A program made the position numbers and the translations under genes. From a virus: a stretch of 64,000 nucleotides of DNA. Under the pieces are notes generated by a model. That model was not told where the DNA came from. It searched no databases and saw only the letters and a program-made list of their open reading frames with translations. This document shows positions 29,917 through 38,071 of this stretch, piece by piece (positions within the stretch are counted from its first letter, which is position 1; every line of letters begins with the position of its first letter). Where the stretch lies: positions 1 to 64,000 of the IMG/VR virus record IMGVR_UViG_3300030616_000017. One strand, given 5' to 3'.

Positions 29917-30270
29917 CTACTCCTTAAAATACTTGCTTACTTTATACTGCGTCTCTTTTTGCGCTTGTTTGATTTCTTGGTTTTCCTTCTCCACATCGGT
30001 AACAGCACTATTTATTTCCTCTTGTTCTTTTTCAATCTTTTGATTAGAGGCTTTCAGCTCTTCATTCTTCTTTTTAATTTCTTCTTGTTTCTTTTTGATA
30101 GCTTTGACATCTTTTTGAGCTTTATCTATTTTCTTTTTTGTTTCTTTTTTCTTTTCATTATCATCTTGAGATAAAGCTTTAAGAACCATCATAGCAATAG
30201 TAAAAACAGAGCCTATGATGGTGAGCCACTTAACAATAGTTTGAATAATTAACTTAAACCAATCTTTCAT
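29917..30270 (-). CDS. Membrane-anchored coiled-coil protein (i-spanin-like)
   Basis: N-terminal TM helix then a long K/E coiled coil. Confidence 0.55.
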   Translation of the reverse strand: MKDWFKLIIQTIVKWLTIIGSVFTIAMMVLKALSQDDNEKKKETKKKIDKAQKDVKAIKKKQEEIKKKNEELKASNQKIEKEQEEINSAVTDVEKENQEIKQAQKETQYKVSKYFKE

Positions 30271-30902
30271 ATACTTCCTGCAATGGGCAATAGTTCTTTT
30301 TCTGCGAACTCATCGGGAATCTTCAAGCTGTAGCGCGCGTAATCAAACCCCTCAGTGTCTACATAAAAGAAACCTTTTCTATCAACATTCACCACGTATT
30401 CCATACCAAAACTTTTATCAAAAATAGGTTCAGAAGCTGCTAGGTTTTTATCAAGCCATAGAATACTTTTTTCACGTACGATATTCTTGAGAGCTTCCTT
30501 CTGTGCGGAAGTAAGTATAGCATCTGAAAGTTCATCCCAATCTGCTTTTCTACGAGCAGCAGGATTTCTTAACATCATATCTCTTGTATCTCGAGCTGCT
30601 TCTTTTAGAATTTCGATTGTATCTCCTGCTTCTAAAATGCAATTACCTACTTTAATGTTCTTCTCAAGCACTACTGTGATAGGACTCTTTTTCTCTGCTG
30701 ATTCTTCTTTAAGCATTTCTTTAGAAATACGTGTAGTCTCCTTATCTAGTGCTTTCATGAATTCATTAGAAAGGGGATCATCTGAAGTCGCTAGTCCTTT
30801 TAGGAGCTGTACGCTCTTCATTTGTTCCTCGTTACTACCTGCAAAATTGCCTTGAAGATCTTTAATAATCTTCTTAATGTCTGCTTCTTGAATTTTTCTC
30901 AT
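30267..30902 (-). CDS. Hypothetical protein with an internal copy of the repeated module
   Basis: MRKIQEA leader; ITVVLEKNIKVGNCILEAGDTIEILKE; C-terminal YVDTEGFDYARY. Confidence 0.7.
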   Translation of the reverse strand: MRKIQEADIKKIIKDLQGNFAGSNEEQMKSVQLLKGLATSDDPLSNEFMKALDKETTRISKEMLKEESAEKKSPITVVLEKNIKVGNCILEAGDTIEILKEAARDTRDMMLRNPAARRKADWDELSDAILTSAQKEALKNIVREKSILWLDKNLAASEPIFDKSFGMEYVVNVDRKGFFYVDTEGFDYARYSLKIPDEFAEKELLPIAGSI

Positions 30903-30920
30903 TATTCCCTCCTGTTCTTG

Positions 30921-31229
30921 CTACAGTATGGCCGCTTCTCTAGCGCCTTCGTAAAAGCCGTCTTTATCACTATCTATATTATATTCATCACATGCTCCAG
31001 CGATAGCTGCTGCAACTAGCTCAGCTCCAAATTCGTATAAATCTACACCACTGTCAAAGTCATCATCTTTTGGCAATTCGTTATATACAGCCCGCGCGAG
31101 CTCTTTAGATCGCTGTTCCACTGTAACGGAGAGACGCTCATTCATTATCCGAATCTTGTCCCCCTCTTCAAGCACCACGTTTCCAATTTTTACTTCTTCT
31201 TTGATTTTAATAATTTTGTCTTTTTTCAT
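30921..31229 (-). CDS. Module-tagged hypothetical protein
   Basis: MKKDKIIKIKEEVKIGNVVLEEGDKIRIMNE; cargo paralogous to the C-terminus of the upstream neighbour. Confidence 0.7.
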   Translation of the reverse strand: MKKDKIIKIKEEVKIGNVVLEEGDKIRIMNERLSVTVEQRSKELARAVYNELPKDDDFDSGVDLYEFGAELVAAAIAGACDEYNIDSDKDGFYEGAREAAIL

Positions 31230-31264
31230 TGTCTTTCTTCCTCTTTATTACTTTTTTTAGAAAA

Positions 31265-32026
31265 TTACCTGTAATAGGCTCCGCCTTCTAATCCTTCTAT
31301 AAACTCCCTGATTTCAATATCTCCAAACAATGCAGCAAACTTTTGAACAAGGGCCTGAGCACAAACCCCCCCTATTTCAGCAGCTTCAACTCCTCCATAA
31401 GGATCTTCATCGGGAAAGGTATTATAAACAGCTTCTATTAAATCTTTAGCAGCCTTAACCACGTCTGGATGGAGTCTTTCTTTTAGAATACGGATTTTGT
31501 CTCCTTTCCCGAGAATAATTTCGCCAATCCTAATATCCTCTTTGATTTCTATAATCTTATCTTTCATAATATTATTCCTTTTTCTCTTTTCAAATATATA
31601 TTTAAACTTATTATTCCGCCGATACTGCGCGGCAATCCTTTCGTCAGCTAGCTCAATTTCAGAAGAAGACACTGTTACAACTTCCGCTTCTGAATCTAAA
31701 TACCGCACTGTACACTCACCTCTTCGGGGGATACTTTTAACAACACCATAAGAGGCTGTATCCCAAGATCTGTCACCATAATTGTCATAGCCTAGAACGC
31801 TAACAACATCTCCAATCTGAATGTTCTCGGCTATCTCTTTGATACTTTTTTTCAATGTATTCTCCTTCTTACTTTTTACAATACTCTTTGCTATAGACAT
31901 AACTTGAGCCCATTCTTCAGGTCCCCAATTATCTTCTTTCTTTTTGGTTTGATCTTTGAATATGTCTTTAGCTCTCTTCCAAGCTTTTTCTTTTTTTGGG
32001 TCGTCTTTAACCCAATTAACTGGCAT
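31265..32026 (-). CDS. Multidomain hypothetical protein: ChaB-like helix pair, SH3/KOW-like domain, repeated module (internal ATG 31567) and cargo
   Basis: EKAWKRAK...WAQVMSIAK; IQIGDVV...GVV....TVRY; MKDKIIEIKEDIRIGEIILGKGDKIRILKE. Confidence 0.65.
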   Translation of the reverse strand: MPVNWVKDDPKKEKAWKRAKDIFKDQTKKKEDNWGPEEWAQVMSIAKSIVKSKKENTLKKSIKEIAENIQIGDVVSVLGYDNYGDRSWDTASYGVVKSIPRRGECTVRYLDSEAEVVTVSSSEIELADERIAAQYRRNNKFKYIFEKRKRNNIMKDKIIEIKEDIRIGEIILGKGDKIRILKERLHPDVVKAAKDLIEAVYNTFPDEDPYGGVEAAEIGGVCAQALVQKFAALFGDIEIREFIEGLEGGAYYR

Positions 32027-32041
32027 CTCTACTTTCTCCTC

Positions 32042-32082
32042 AAAAAAATCTTGTTACTATGTTATATTAGTAACAAGATTTT
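32042..32082 (-). terminator. 15-bp perfect hairpin with U-tract that embeds a late-promoter variant (ACTAATATAACA, 32060-32071)
   Basis: AAAATCTTGTTACTA / TAGTAACAAGATTTT inverted repeat with an 8-nt loop. Confidence 0.6.
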
Positions 32083-32090
32083 AAAAGTTT

Positions 32091-32417
32091 CTATTCTAAG
32101 GAAAAATAAATCGTTTCAGGGGGCTGTTCGAAGTACTGATACAACACAGGGCAAAGCCATCCTTCTCTTCCTGTTTCCTCTGAATGGTACAGCGACCATT
32201 GATCTCCGCATGCTTCCTGAAGCTCAATTTTATGCTCCAGTTCCACTACATCAGAAAACATAAGCGTACGAGGCTCTTTTCCTAGCTGTTCTTTTACAGC
32301 TTCAATAATTTCTGAACTTCCCATAACAAATGCTTCATTTTTGATACCTTTGCCTCGATCATCAAAAACCCAATTATTTCCTTGTCTATGTATCCACACA
32401 ATGTATGTGTTTTCCAT
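32091..32417 (-). CDS. DUF6717-like protein (start revised to ATG 32417)
   Basis: WVFDD....EAFV.G...II...L.FS...GWLCP.L..YF..PP..IY; GAGGAGGAG RBS before 32417. Confidence 0.7.
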   Translation of the reverse strand: MENTYIVWIHRQGNNWVFDDRGKGIKNEAFVMGSSEIIEAVKEQLGKEPRTLMFSDVVELEHKIELQEACGDQWSLYHSEETGREGWLCPVLYQYFEQPPETIYFSLE

Positions 32418-32465
32418 CTTCTCCTCCTCGCGAGTCTTGTATATGCAGTTTTGTTGTATATATAT

Positions 32466-32494
32466 AATATAACAAAAAAAGCAGGAAAAGTCAA
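32466..32494 (-). promoter_or_regulatory. Sigma-70-type (early) promoter TTGACT-N17-TATATT with extended TG
   Basis: Consensus-like -35/-10 with 17-nt spacer upstream of the DUF6717 gene. Confidence 0.7.
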
Positions 32495-32535
32495 GTAACT
32501 CTTCCCGCTTTTTGAATATTTTTTCAAAAATGAAA

Positions 32536-34086
32536 CTAAGCAGTATACTTACCTTCTTTAAGTTCAATGAGAGCCCATCTCTGCCATTTTTTACTCTCTA
32601 ATGATTCTCCTGACATGAGAAATATGTGAAGCACTTTGGTGAAAAGTCTAAAGCTGAGAGGCTGATTAGCTTTATGAATAAATCTCTTTATCCAGTCCAA
32701 GATACTCTGCTTCGTGTTAATATCTACATCTGTAGGGTCTATACCTGATAGTGCTTGTTGAATAATATCGGCTACCTGCTCATCTGTAAAGAGAAAACTG
32801 ATAGCGTATACGCGGTCTTGAATCGGTTGAGGAATTTTAGGAAAGTTGGTAATCATAATAACTTTAGAATTAAAGGCAAAGTTATACATACTCTCTCCTG
32901 CCTCCACATCCATAAGACCTGCATCGGAAGTAAAATCTATAACATCGCTCGTACTAACTTCGGGGGCTGCTTCTCCAGTATCCCCTCTTTTTTGTTTCTT
33001 TTCCACCTTTACAATTCTAGGCGTATCAGGATCAAGAATACTTTTAAGAATGTTCTGAATGGTGTTATTTTTCATATCATCATTGGTGAGGATATCATCC
33101 AAGATAATAATCTCTCCTTCTCTATGCTTGTAAAGCAGCGTAAGGAGACCTTCATATCCCTTAACCTTTCCTTTAGTATAATATGTTTGAGGCAGATTAC
33201 CCAAGATTTCTTTAGCATAGTATGATTTTCCAATACCGCCTCTTCCGTAGAGATACACGCCCTGAGCAGGGAGTTTATCTTGCATCATTTGACGGAAATA
33301 GAATTTCATAAGATCATACTTCTCTAAATGTTCGTTCTGCATAATCTCTTGCTCGAACTCATCCTCTGCACTCGAATTAGTGGTAATAGGCTGTTCCGGC
33401 TGGCCTCTTCTAATATTTACGTGAGGAATTGCGTCAGCGGCTCTATCATCCCCCATTTCGCTGAAAGCTCTTCGACAATACATCTGAAAAGTCCCTACGT
33501 TTGGAATACTTTCTCTGATGCCTCTTGAGCTGAGCCAATTTAAATACATGTCTTGGATAACAGCCCAATCCCTGCTTCTCCCTCTTGCCATTTCGGCAGC
33601 AGCGCCCGGATCTGATTGCATCCACTCTAATACACCACTCCTATGAGAAAACCTTTCTTGGAGATTTGCTTGAGCCTTGTAGCTTTCTTCTACAACATCG
33701 AAATACTCTCCAGTCAATACCATAGCAATATGATCTAGCACCTGTACAATATTAAACTGAGGAGGAATTTCAATTGTATAAGTGGGTGTCCTAGATACCT
33801 TCTCAAACACATCTACCGACACAATGCTATCAGAACTACCTGTTAAAGCAAAGTTAAGTCTAATAGCCTCAAATGTACCATAGAAAGACATATAACCAGC
33901 AAACTTTCCTTCTGCGTTTTGATATTCAATAGGGAATGAAGCTGGTTCTTTCATCCCACTAAAATCAATTCCTGTTTTTCTGTTCAACACTCTCAGCATC
34001 TTGGGAACCATTTCAGCAGCCTTTCCTGCACGAAACGCTTCTTGAGTGCTTTTCTTTTTGTCTTCAAAGCTCTTTACTAATCTCAT
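32536..34086 (-). CDS. AAA+ ATPase with an uncharacterised N-terminal region
   Basis: Walker A GRGGIGKS, Walker B IIILDD, sensor ITN, arginine finger DR. Confidence 0.8.
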   Translation of the reverse strand: MRLVKSFEDKKKSTQEAFRAGKAAEMVPKMLRVLNRKTGIDFSGMKEPASFPIEYQNAEGKFAGYMSFYGTFEAIRLNFALTGSSDSIVSVDVFEKVSRTPTYTIEIPPQFNIVQVLDHIAMVLTGEYFDVVEESYKAQANLQERFSHRSGVLEWMQSDPGAAAEMARGRSRDWAVIQDMYLNWLSSRGIRESIPNVGTFQMYCRRAFSEMGDDRAADAIPHVNIRRGQPEQPITTNSSAEDEFEQEIMQNEHLEKYDLMKFYFRQMMQDKLPAQGVYLYGRGGIGKSYYAKEILGNLPQTYYTKGKVKGYEGLLTLLYKHREGEIIILDDILTNDDMKNNTIQNILKSILDPDTPRIVKVEKKQKRGDTGEAAPEVSTSDVIDFTSDAGLMDVEAGESMYNFAFNSKVIMITNFPKIPQPIQDRVYAISFLFTDEQVADIIQQALSGIDPTDVDINTKQSILDWIKRFIHKANQPLSFRLFTKVLHIFLMSGESLESKKWQRWALIELKEGKYTA

Positions 34087-34095
34087 TATTCTCTC

Positions 34096-34695
34096 TTACT
34101 CCTTTCCTAATCTTTTAAGTAATGCGTTAAATATATTTTTGTTTAATAAATACCAATGTCTATCTCTTTTTCCCGTCTCTTTATTAGCATAGATAAGATT
34201 GCCTTGCTTTTCTGCTTCTCTCGATAGAATTTCATAAACAGGAACCAAATCCCCGTAAGCAGGCGTAAAAGATATGCATTGAAAATCAGCAGGGTCTTGA
34301 TAATGGTCTTGAAATGCGGTAAGAATTTTAGCAATAGTTGAAAAGACTAACGTACCTAAATTGGATTTAAGATTGCTCATACCTGAAAGAGAATTACTAA
34401 AAGCTAGCGTATGAATAAAAACTTTTATTTGTGTTTCCAGCCCTTCTCTATTCACCTTTATTATACGCCCTGTTGAAGTTAGACGTGTAAGCGTTACCTT
34501 ATACGTAATCGATGTAGCGCCAGGATACATAATTGCAAGATCTACCCACTCTCCGTTGGTATCTTGTAGCTTTACATCTTCTCCTTTGATCTTGAACTCT
34601 GCTTCAAACTCTTTGACTGTATCTTTTTTAATGCTAAAAGGGAGGTATTTGGTAAACCCAATTTCCTCTATCTTATCTTTCTTTACGTATCTCAT
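34096..34695 (-). CDS. Hypothetical protein, divergent paralog of 36775-37338 and 37332-37916
   Basis: Shared VFSTI..I....ISFT....VYEILSR motif; MRYVKKDKIEE leader. Confidence 0.65.
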   Translation of the reverse strand: MRYVKKDKIEEIGFTKYLPFSIKKDTVKEFEAEFKIKGEDVKLQDTNGEWVDLAIMYPGATSITYKVTLTRLTSTGRIIKVNREGLETQIKVFIHTLAFSNSLSGMSNLKSNLGTLVFSTIAKILTAFQDHYQDPADFQCISFTPAYGDLVPVYEILSREAEKQGNLIYANKETGKRDRHWYLLNKNIFNALLKRLGKE

Positions 34696-34723
34696 TGTTT
34701 GTTTTCCTTAAATAATTTCAATA

Positions 34724-34735
34724 TATTATATTAGT
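34724..34735 (-). promoter_or_regulatory. Late-promoter motif ACTAATATAATA overlapping the upstream stop codon
   Basis: Exact copy formed by codons GTA CTA ATA TAA. Confidence 0.65.
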
Positions 34736-35664
34736 ACGCCAACTTCTTCTAATTCATTATCCCACTCTTTCGTGCTAAGATTAGAAAGTTTTTGCAGAGC
34801 AGCATAGTCTACACCCCACATATCTTCATAATATTCCATCATACTACCTGTTTGATGATTGGTGTTTTTAGCAATATTCAAAATCATAAATTGTTCTTCT
34901 ACAGGATATCTCGCAATGCTTTTAAGTTGAGATGTAATTTTCTTAATATTAGCATGAGTCTTATCTAGCCCCTTCGCTTTCCAAAACTTATACCATGCTG
35001 GAAAAAGAATTTTTTCATATGCTGTCATCATCATTTCGTGAGTATCAACAAGAGGAATCTTTTTGCGAGCCTCATCTTCGAAAACACCCATTCTTTCAAG
35101 CTCATCATACAATTGTTCAGGAGTAAGGTAGTTCATTGAAGTTTGTTTTTCTACTTCCGCTTTTAGATCTGTAAACAACTCTTCCTTTTCAACTGCAATA
35201 GCACAAAAGAGATCCTTTCTCGTTCTTACAGAAGGATTATACCCTTCTATTTCGCGAGCGATTATATCCATTGTATACAGAAGACCTTCTTCTTCCAACA
35301 TCGACTTGCCTTTCTCGTCATGAAACCGCAAGTACGCCCATTTTCGTGGTTCTTGTATTCCATGTTGAGTAAGCCACTCCTCAAACACCGTTAAAAAAGT
35401 AGGGGAAAGTAGATGAATTAACTTCTCCCCCAATTCTTTCAAAATATTTACTATGTTCTCTTTTCTATCTAAGGAGCCAGAAAATCTATAAGAAACAAGT
35501 TTATTGTATTTGTATTCCACCTCGTAAAGATAGGTAAAATAAGGAAGAAGATCGTCTCCCTTTTTTGCTTCTCTAGGAATTCTTACTCTTACGCTATTAA
35601 GCTCGGCAAGAGAGGACTCATGAAGAGGTATATTGGATTTACTAATTTGTTTTATCCGAATCAT
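34726..35664 (-). CDS. Hypothetical helical protein
   Basis: 312 aa ORF; leader ending LHES. Confidence 0.65.
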   Translation of the reverse strand: MIRIKQISKSNIPLHESSLAELNSVRVRIPREAKKGDDLLPYFTYLYEVEYKYNKLVSYRFSGSLDRKENIVNILKELGEKLIHLLSPTFLTVFEEWLTQHGIQEPRKWAYLRFHDEKGKSMLEEEGLLYTMDIIAREIEGYNPSVRTRKDLFCAIAVEKEELFTDLKAEVEKQTSMNYLTPEQLYDELERMGVFEDEARKKIPLVDTHEMMMTAYEKILFPAWYKFWKAKGLDKTHANIKKITSQLKSIARYPVEEQFMILNIAKNTNHQTGSMMEYYEDMWGVDYAALQKLSNLSTKEWDNELEEVGVLI

Positions 35665-35707
35665 CTTATTTCTGCCCTTTTACAATAAACTTTTGTTTAT
35701 TCATTGT

Positions 35708-36130
35708 TTATCTATTAAAATACTCGGCTGGGTCTATGAGGCTATAAACATAATCCTTTTTCCAGGCCCAATCGGCTTCGAAATTACCTTTTCTATCTGG
35801 GTCATAAATCCAACCAAGCTCCCATCTGCCTCGTTTCCAGACCCCATCGTGCCACCAGCCTTTTTCCCAAGTTCCGTCTTCCCAAATTCCATCTGCCCAA
35901 TAACCGTCTTTCCAAGTTCCTCGTTTCCAAGTCCCCCTTGACCAAGTACCATTATACCAGATGCCATCTTTCCAAGTTCCGCCTTTCCAAACACCATCTC
36001 TCCAACGGCCGTTTTCCCAAACGCCATCTTCCCAAATGCCATCTTTCCAAGTTCCACCTTTCCAAGTTCCCCCTTCCCAATTCTGAAAAGACGAACTTTC
36101 GTTTACTCCAAATCTTTTAAGTTGTATCAT
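35708..36130 (-). CDS. Tryptophan pentapeptide-repeat (WxxGx)18 beta-solenoid protein
   Basis: 18 consecutive WxxGx repeats; 15-nt DNA repeat units. Confidence 0.75.
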   Translation of the reverse strand: MIQLKRFGVNESSSFQNWEGGTWKGGTWKDGIWEDGVWENGRWRDGVWKGGTWKDGIWYNGTWSRGTWKRGTWKDGYWADGIWEDGTWEKGWWHDGVWKRGRWELGWIYDPDRKGNFEADWAWKKDYVYSLIDPAEYFNR

Positions 36131-36164
36131 TAATCTTCTCCTAAAAATTATTTAATGTTGCTGT

Positions 36165-36398
36165 TTATAAATCCTCTATTTTAATTTTCTCTTTTTTCTT
36201 TTTATGACTTAATTCAATTAACTGAATTAATAAGCTCTTCTTTTCTCTAAGCCTATCAAACATAAAACCCTCTTTACTAATTTTCATCTTCCTATTAGCA
36301 AGCTCATTAATAACGAAAATAAAACCTACTAATAAAATTGATAAAAATACCATTACAAACCATTCCGGCAATGCAAAAAACCCTTTCCAAAATTCCAT
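36165..36398 (-). CDS. Small single-TM membrane protein (holin-like?)
   Basis: One hydrophobic helix and a basic C-terminus. Confidence 0.45.
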   Translation of the reverse strand: MEFWKGFFALPEWFVMVFLSILLVGFIFVINELANRKMKISKEGFMFDRLREKKSLLIQLIELSHKKKKEKIKIEDL

Positions 36399-36754
36399 TA
36401 CTTTTTACTCCACACCTTTATTTTTTGCCCAGGATGTAGAGTTATCTCATTTATTGTTACTTCAGTTTCAATATCAATAACTTCTTCATACCCCGCTTCT
36501 TGAGATTCTACTTCTTCTGAATCAACACGATCAAGAACGGCATGAAATTCCCCAATATGTACTTTTTCTTCTTTTGCAATATCCAATAATACTTTTTTAA
36601 GTAAAGAGTGCTTGGACGCACGCGCAAGAATATTATATAGATTTATTGCACTTTGTTCCGCTGAAATTGCTATTCTTAGAATTTCTTGATCTGTAGCATC
36701 CTCTAAGTTTAATTCTGTTATAGCCTGTAAAACTGATTCTTTTATTCTTTTCAT
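36398..36754 (-). CDS. Ferritin-like protein of the encapsulin-cargo (EncFtn/Flp) / rubrerythrin type with a C-terminal degenerate module copy
   Basis: LRIAISAEQSAINLY...LLDIAKEEKVHIGEF...D.E......G.EEV di-iron motif; tail VIDIETEVTINEITLHPGQKIKV. Confidence 0.75.
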   Translation of the reverse strand: MKRIKESVLQAITELNLEDATDQEILRIAISAEQSAINLYNILARASKHSLLKKVLLDIAKEEKVHIGEFHAVLDRVDSEEVESQEAGYEEVIDIETEVTINEITLHPGQKIKVWSKK

Positions 36755-36774
36755 TCTGATTTCTTCCTAAAAGT

Positions 36775-37338
36775 TTATATATAAGAGGTGTCTATATATT
36801 TCCTTATAAACTCCTCTATGTTCATAAATATGTAGACTCTTGATCCGTATTGATCAAACGATCCTAAATATGTCAGTTCGGGAATAGCACGAGCAAACTT
36901 TCTAGATAGCAGCTCATATACTTTTACTCTTGATTGTTCTTCTTGTTTTGCTGTGAAACAAAAAGCACAAGTATAACTCATCAAATCTGGTATAAGATCA
37001 TGAATAGCAATATCCACTACTGTAGAGAGTACTGTGAATTGATTTCCTGTATCGGTTAAGTCATACTGAATATTATCCCCATCACCTAACAGAGCAAACT
37101 CTATAGAAATAGCAAGGGTTCTTTCTACACCTTCACGAATTTCATAAGGATCAATTATGGGTACTATACCCTCTATTTGCTTAACTAAAGGGTCTAGCAT
37201 ATCCTCTGCTATATCTTCCAGGCTGAAATGCTTAGTGTGCACCTCATACTCATTCTCCCCCACCGTAAAAGTGTACTGTCTCTTATTGTGCTTTTTATAG
37301 GGAACTGGTTGATCTAAGATTTCTTTTATTCTTACCAT
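36775..37338 (-). CDS. Hypothetical protein, paralog of the adjacent gene (start revised to ATG 37338)
   Basis: MVRIKEILDQPVPY; TDTGNQFTVLSTVV; FTAK..SR..VY; ATGGTAA overlap with the upstream stop. Confidence 0.7.
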   Translation of the reverse strand: MVRIKEILDQPVPYKKHNKRQYTFTVGENEYEVHTKHFSLEDIAEDMLDPLVKQIEGIVPIIDPYEIREGVERTLAISIEFALLGDGDNIQYDLTDTGNQFTVLSTVVDIAIHDLIPDLMSYTCAFCFTAKQEEQSRVKVYELLSRKFARAIPELTYLGSFDQYGSRVYIFMNIEEFIRKYIDTSYI

Positions 37339-37916
37339 ATCGGCAACCTCGCCATACCACTCTTCAGCCACTCTAACATCTCTTTTTCTCTCATAAAATA
37401 GAATACCATCTCTTTATCGACCCCTTCAAACTCGCCTAAAAACATAATATCGGGAAACTGTTTAATAAACCTTTCAACAAGAGTCCTGTATACTCTTTCT
37501 CTGGATTTCTCCTTAGCACTAAAAGAGATTAAGGGCACTTTGAATTGAGAAAGAATTTCTTTTGTTATGATTTCTACAACAGTAGAAAGAATAGTAAACT
37601 GTTCCCCTGTATCTGTTACTTTGAAATGTGTCCCTTCTGTATCCTCTCTATAAAACACAATATCGGGACAAGAATCAATACTCATAAGTTTTCGGAGCAT
37701 ATCTGGAGGGAGAGCTCCTTGAAACTTTTCCATGAAATGGGTAATAAGAACTTCTTTTGCCTTTGTTGCTACCCAGCTGCTAAGCACATCTACCACATAC
37801 TCTGCGTGGTTACTATCTCTTTCATTCCCCAGCTCAAATCGCCACCTATCACTAGCAATTTGTTCGTAAGGAAGCGGTTTGTCTAAAATCTCATTAAACT
37901 TTTTAATTTTAACCAT
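37332..37916 (-). CDS. Hypothetical protein, paralog of the adjacent gene
   Basis: MVKIKKFNEILDKPLPY; TDTGEQFTILSTVV; FSAKEKSRERVY. Confidence 0.7.
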   Translation of the reverse strand: MVKIKKFNEILDKPLPYEQIASDRWRFELGNERDSNHAEYVVDVLSSWVATKAKEVLITHFMEKFQGALPPDMLRKLMSIDSCPDIVFYREDTEGTHFKVTDTGEQFTILSTVVEIITKEILSQFKVPLISFSAKEKSRERVYRTLVERFIKQFPDIMFLGEFEGVDKEMVFYFMREKEMLEWLKSGMARLPIW

Positions 37917-37921
37917 AGAGT

Positions 37922-38071
37922 TTATCCTTTTTTCTTAATGATAAAGGGAAGAGAAATATCCCATCTCCAGCTCGTGTATTGAACATAATCTAAGCTGTCT
38001 CTGTTCTCCCAAGGCAAAATTGTGCCAACATCCGGGTGAACTTCTTTTAAGTTTTTTCTCGTCTCAATCAT
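37922..38071 (-). CDS. 49-aa small ORF or truncated gene (MIETRKNLKEVHPDVGTILPW...)
   Basis: ATGA overlap with the upstream stop and fills the intergenic gap; not in the ORF track. Confidence 0.4.
   Translation of the reverse strand: MIETRKNLKEVHPDVGTILPWENRDSLDYVQYTSWRWDISLPFIIKKKG

Noticed and set aside
32418-32567. Upstream extensions given by the ORF track (also 44223-44252, 50789-50824, 56401-56514, 57119-57163, 63945-63992, 37339-37371)
   Set aside because: They overlap promoters or neighbouring genes; downstream ATGs have clear SD sites or translational coupling
35790-36080. CRISPR-like or tandem DNA array
   Set aside because: The 15-nt periodicity is explained by the coding WxxGx repeat; no spacers or cas genes
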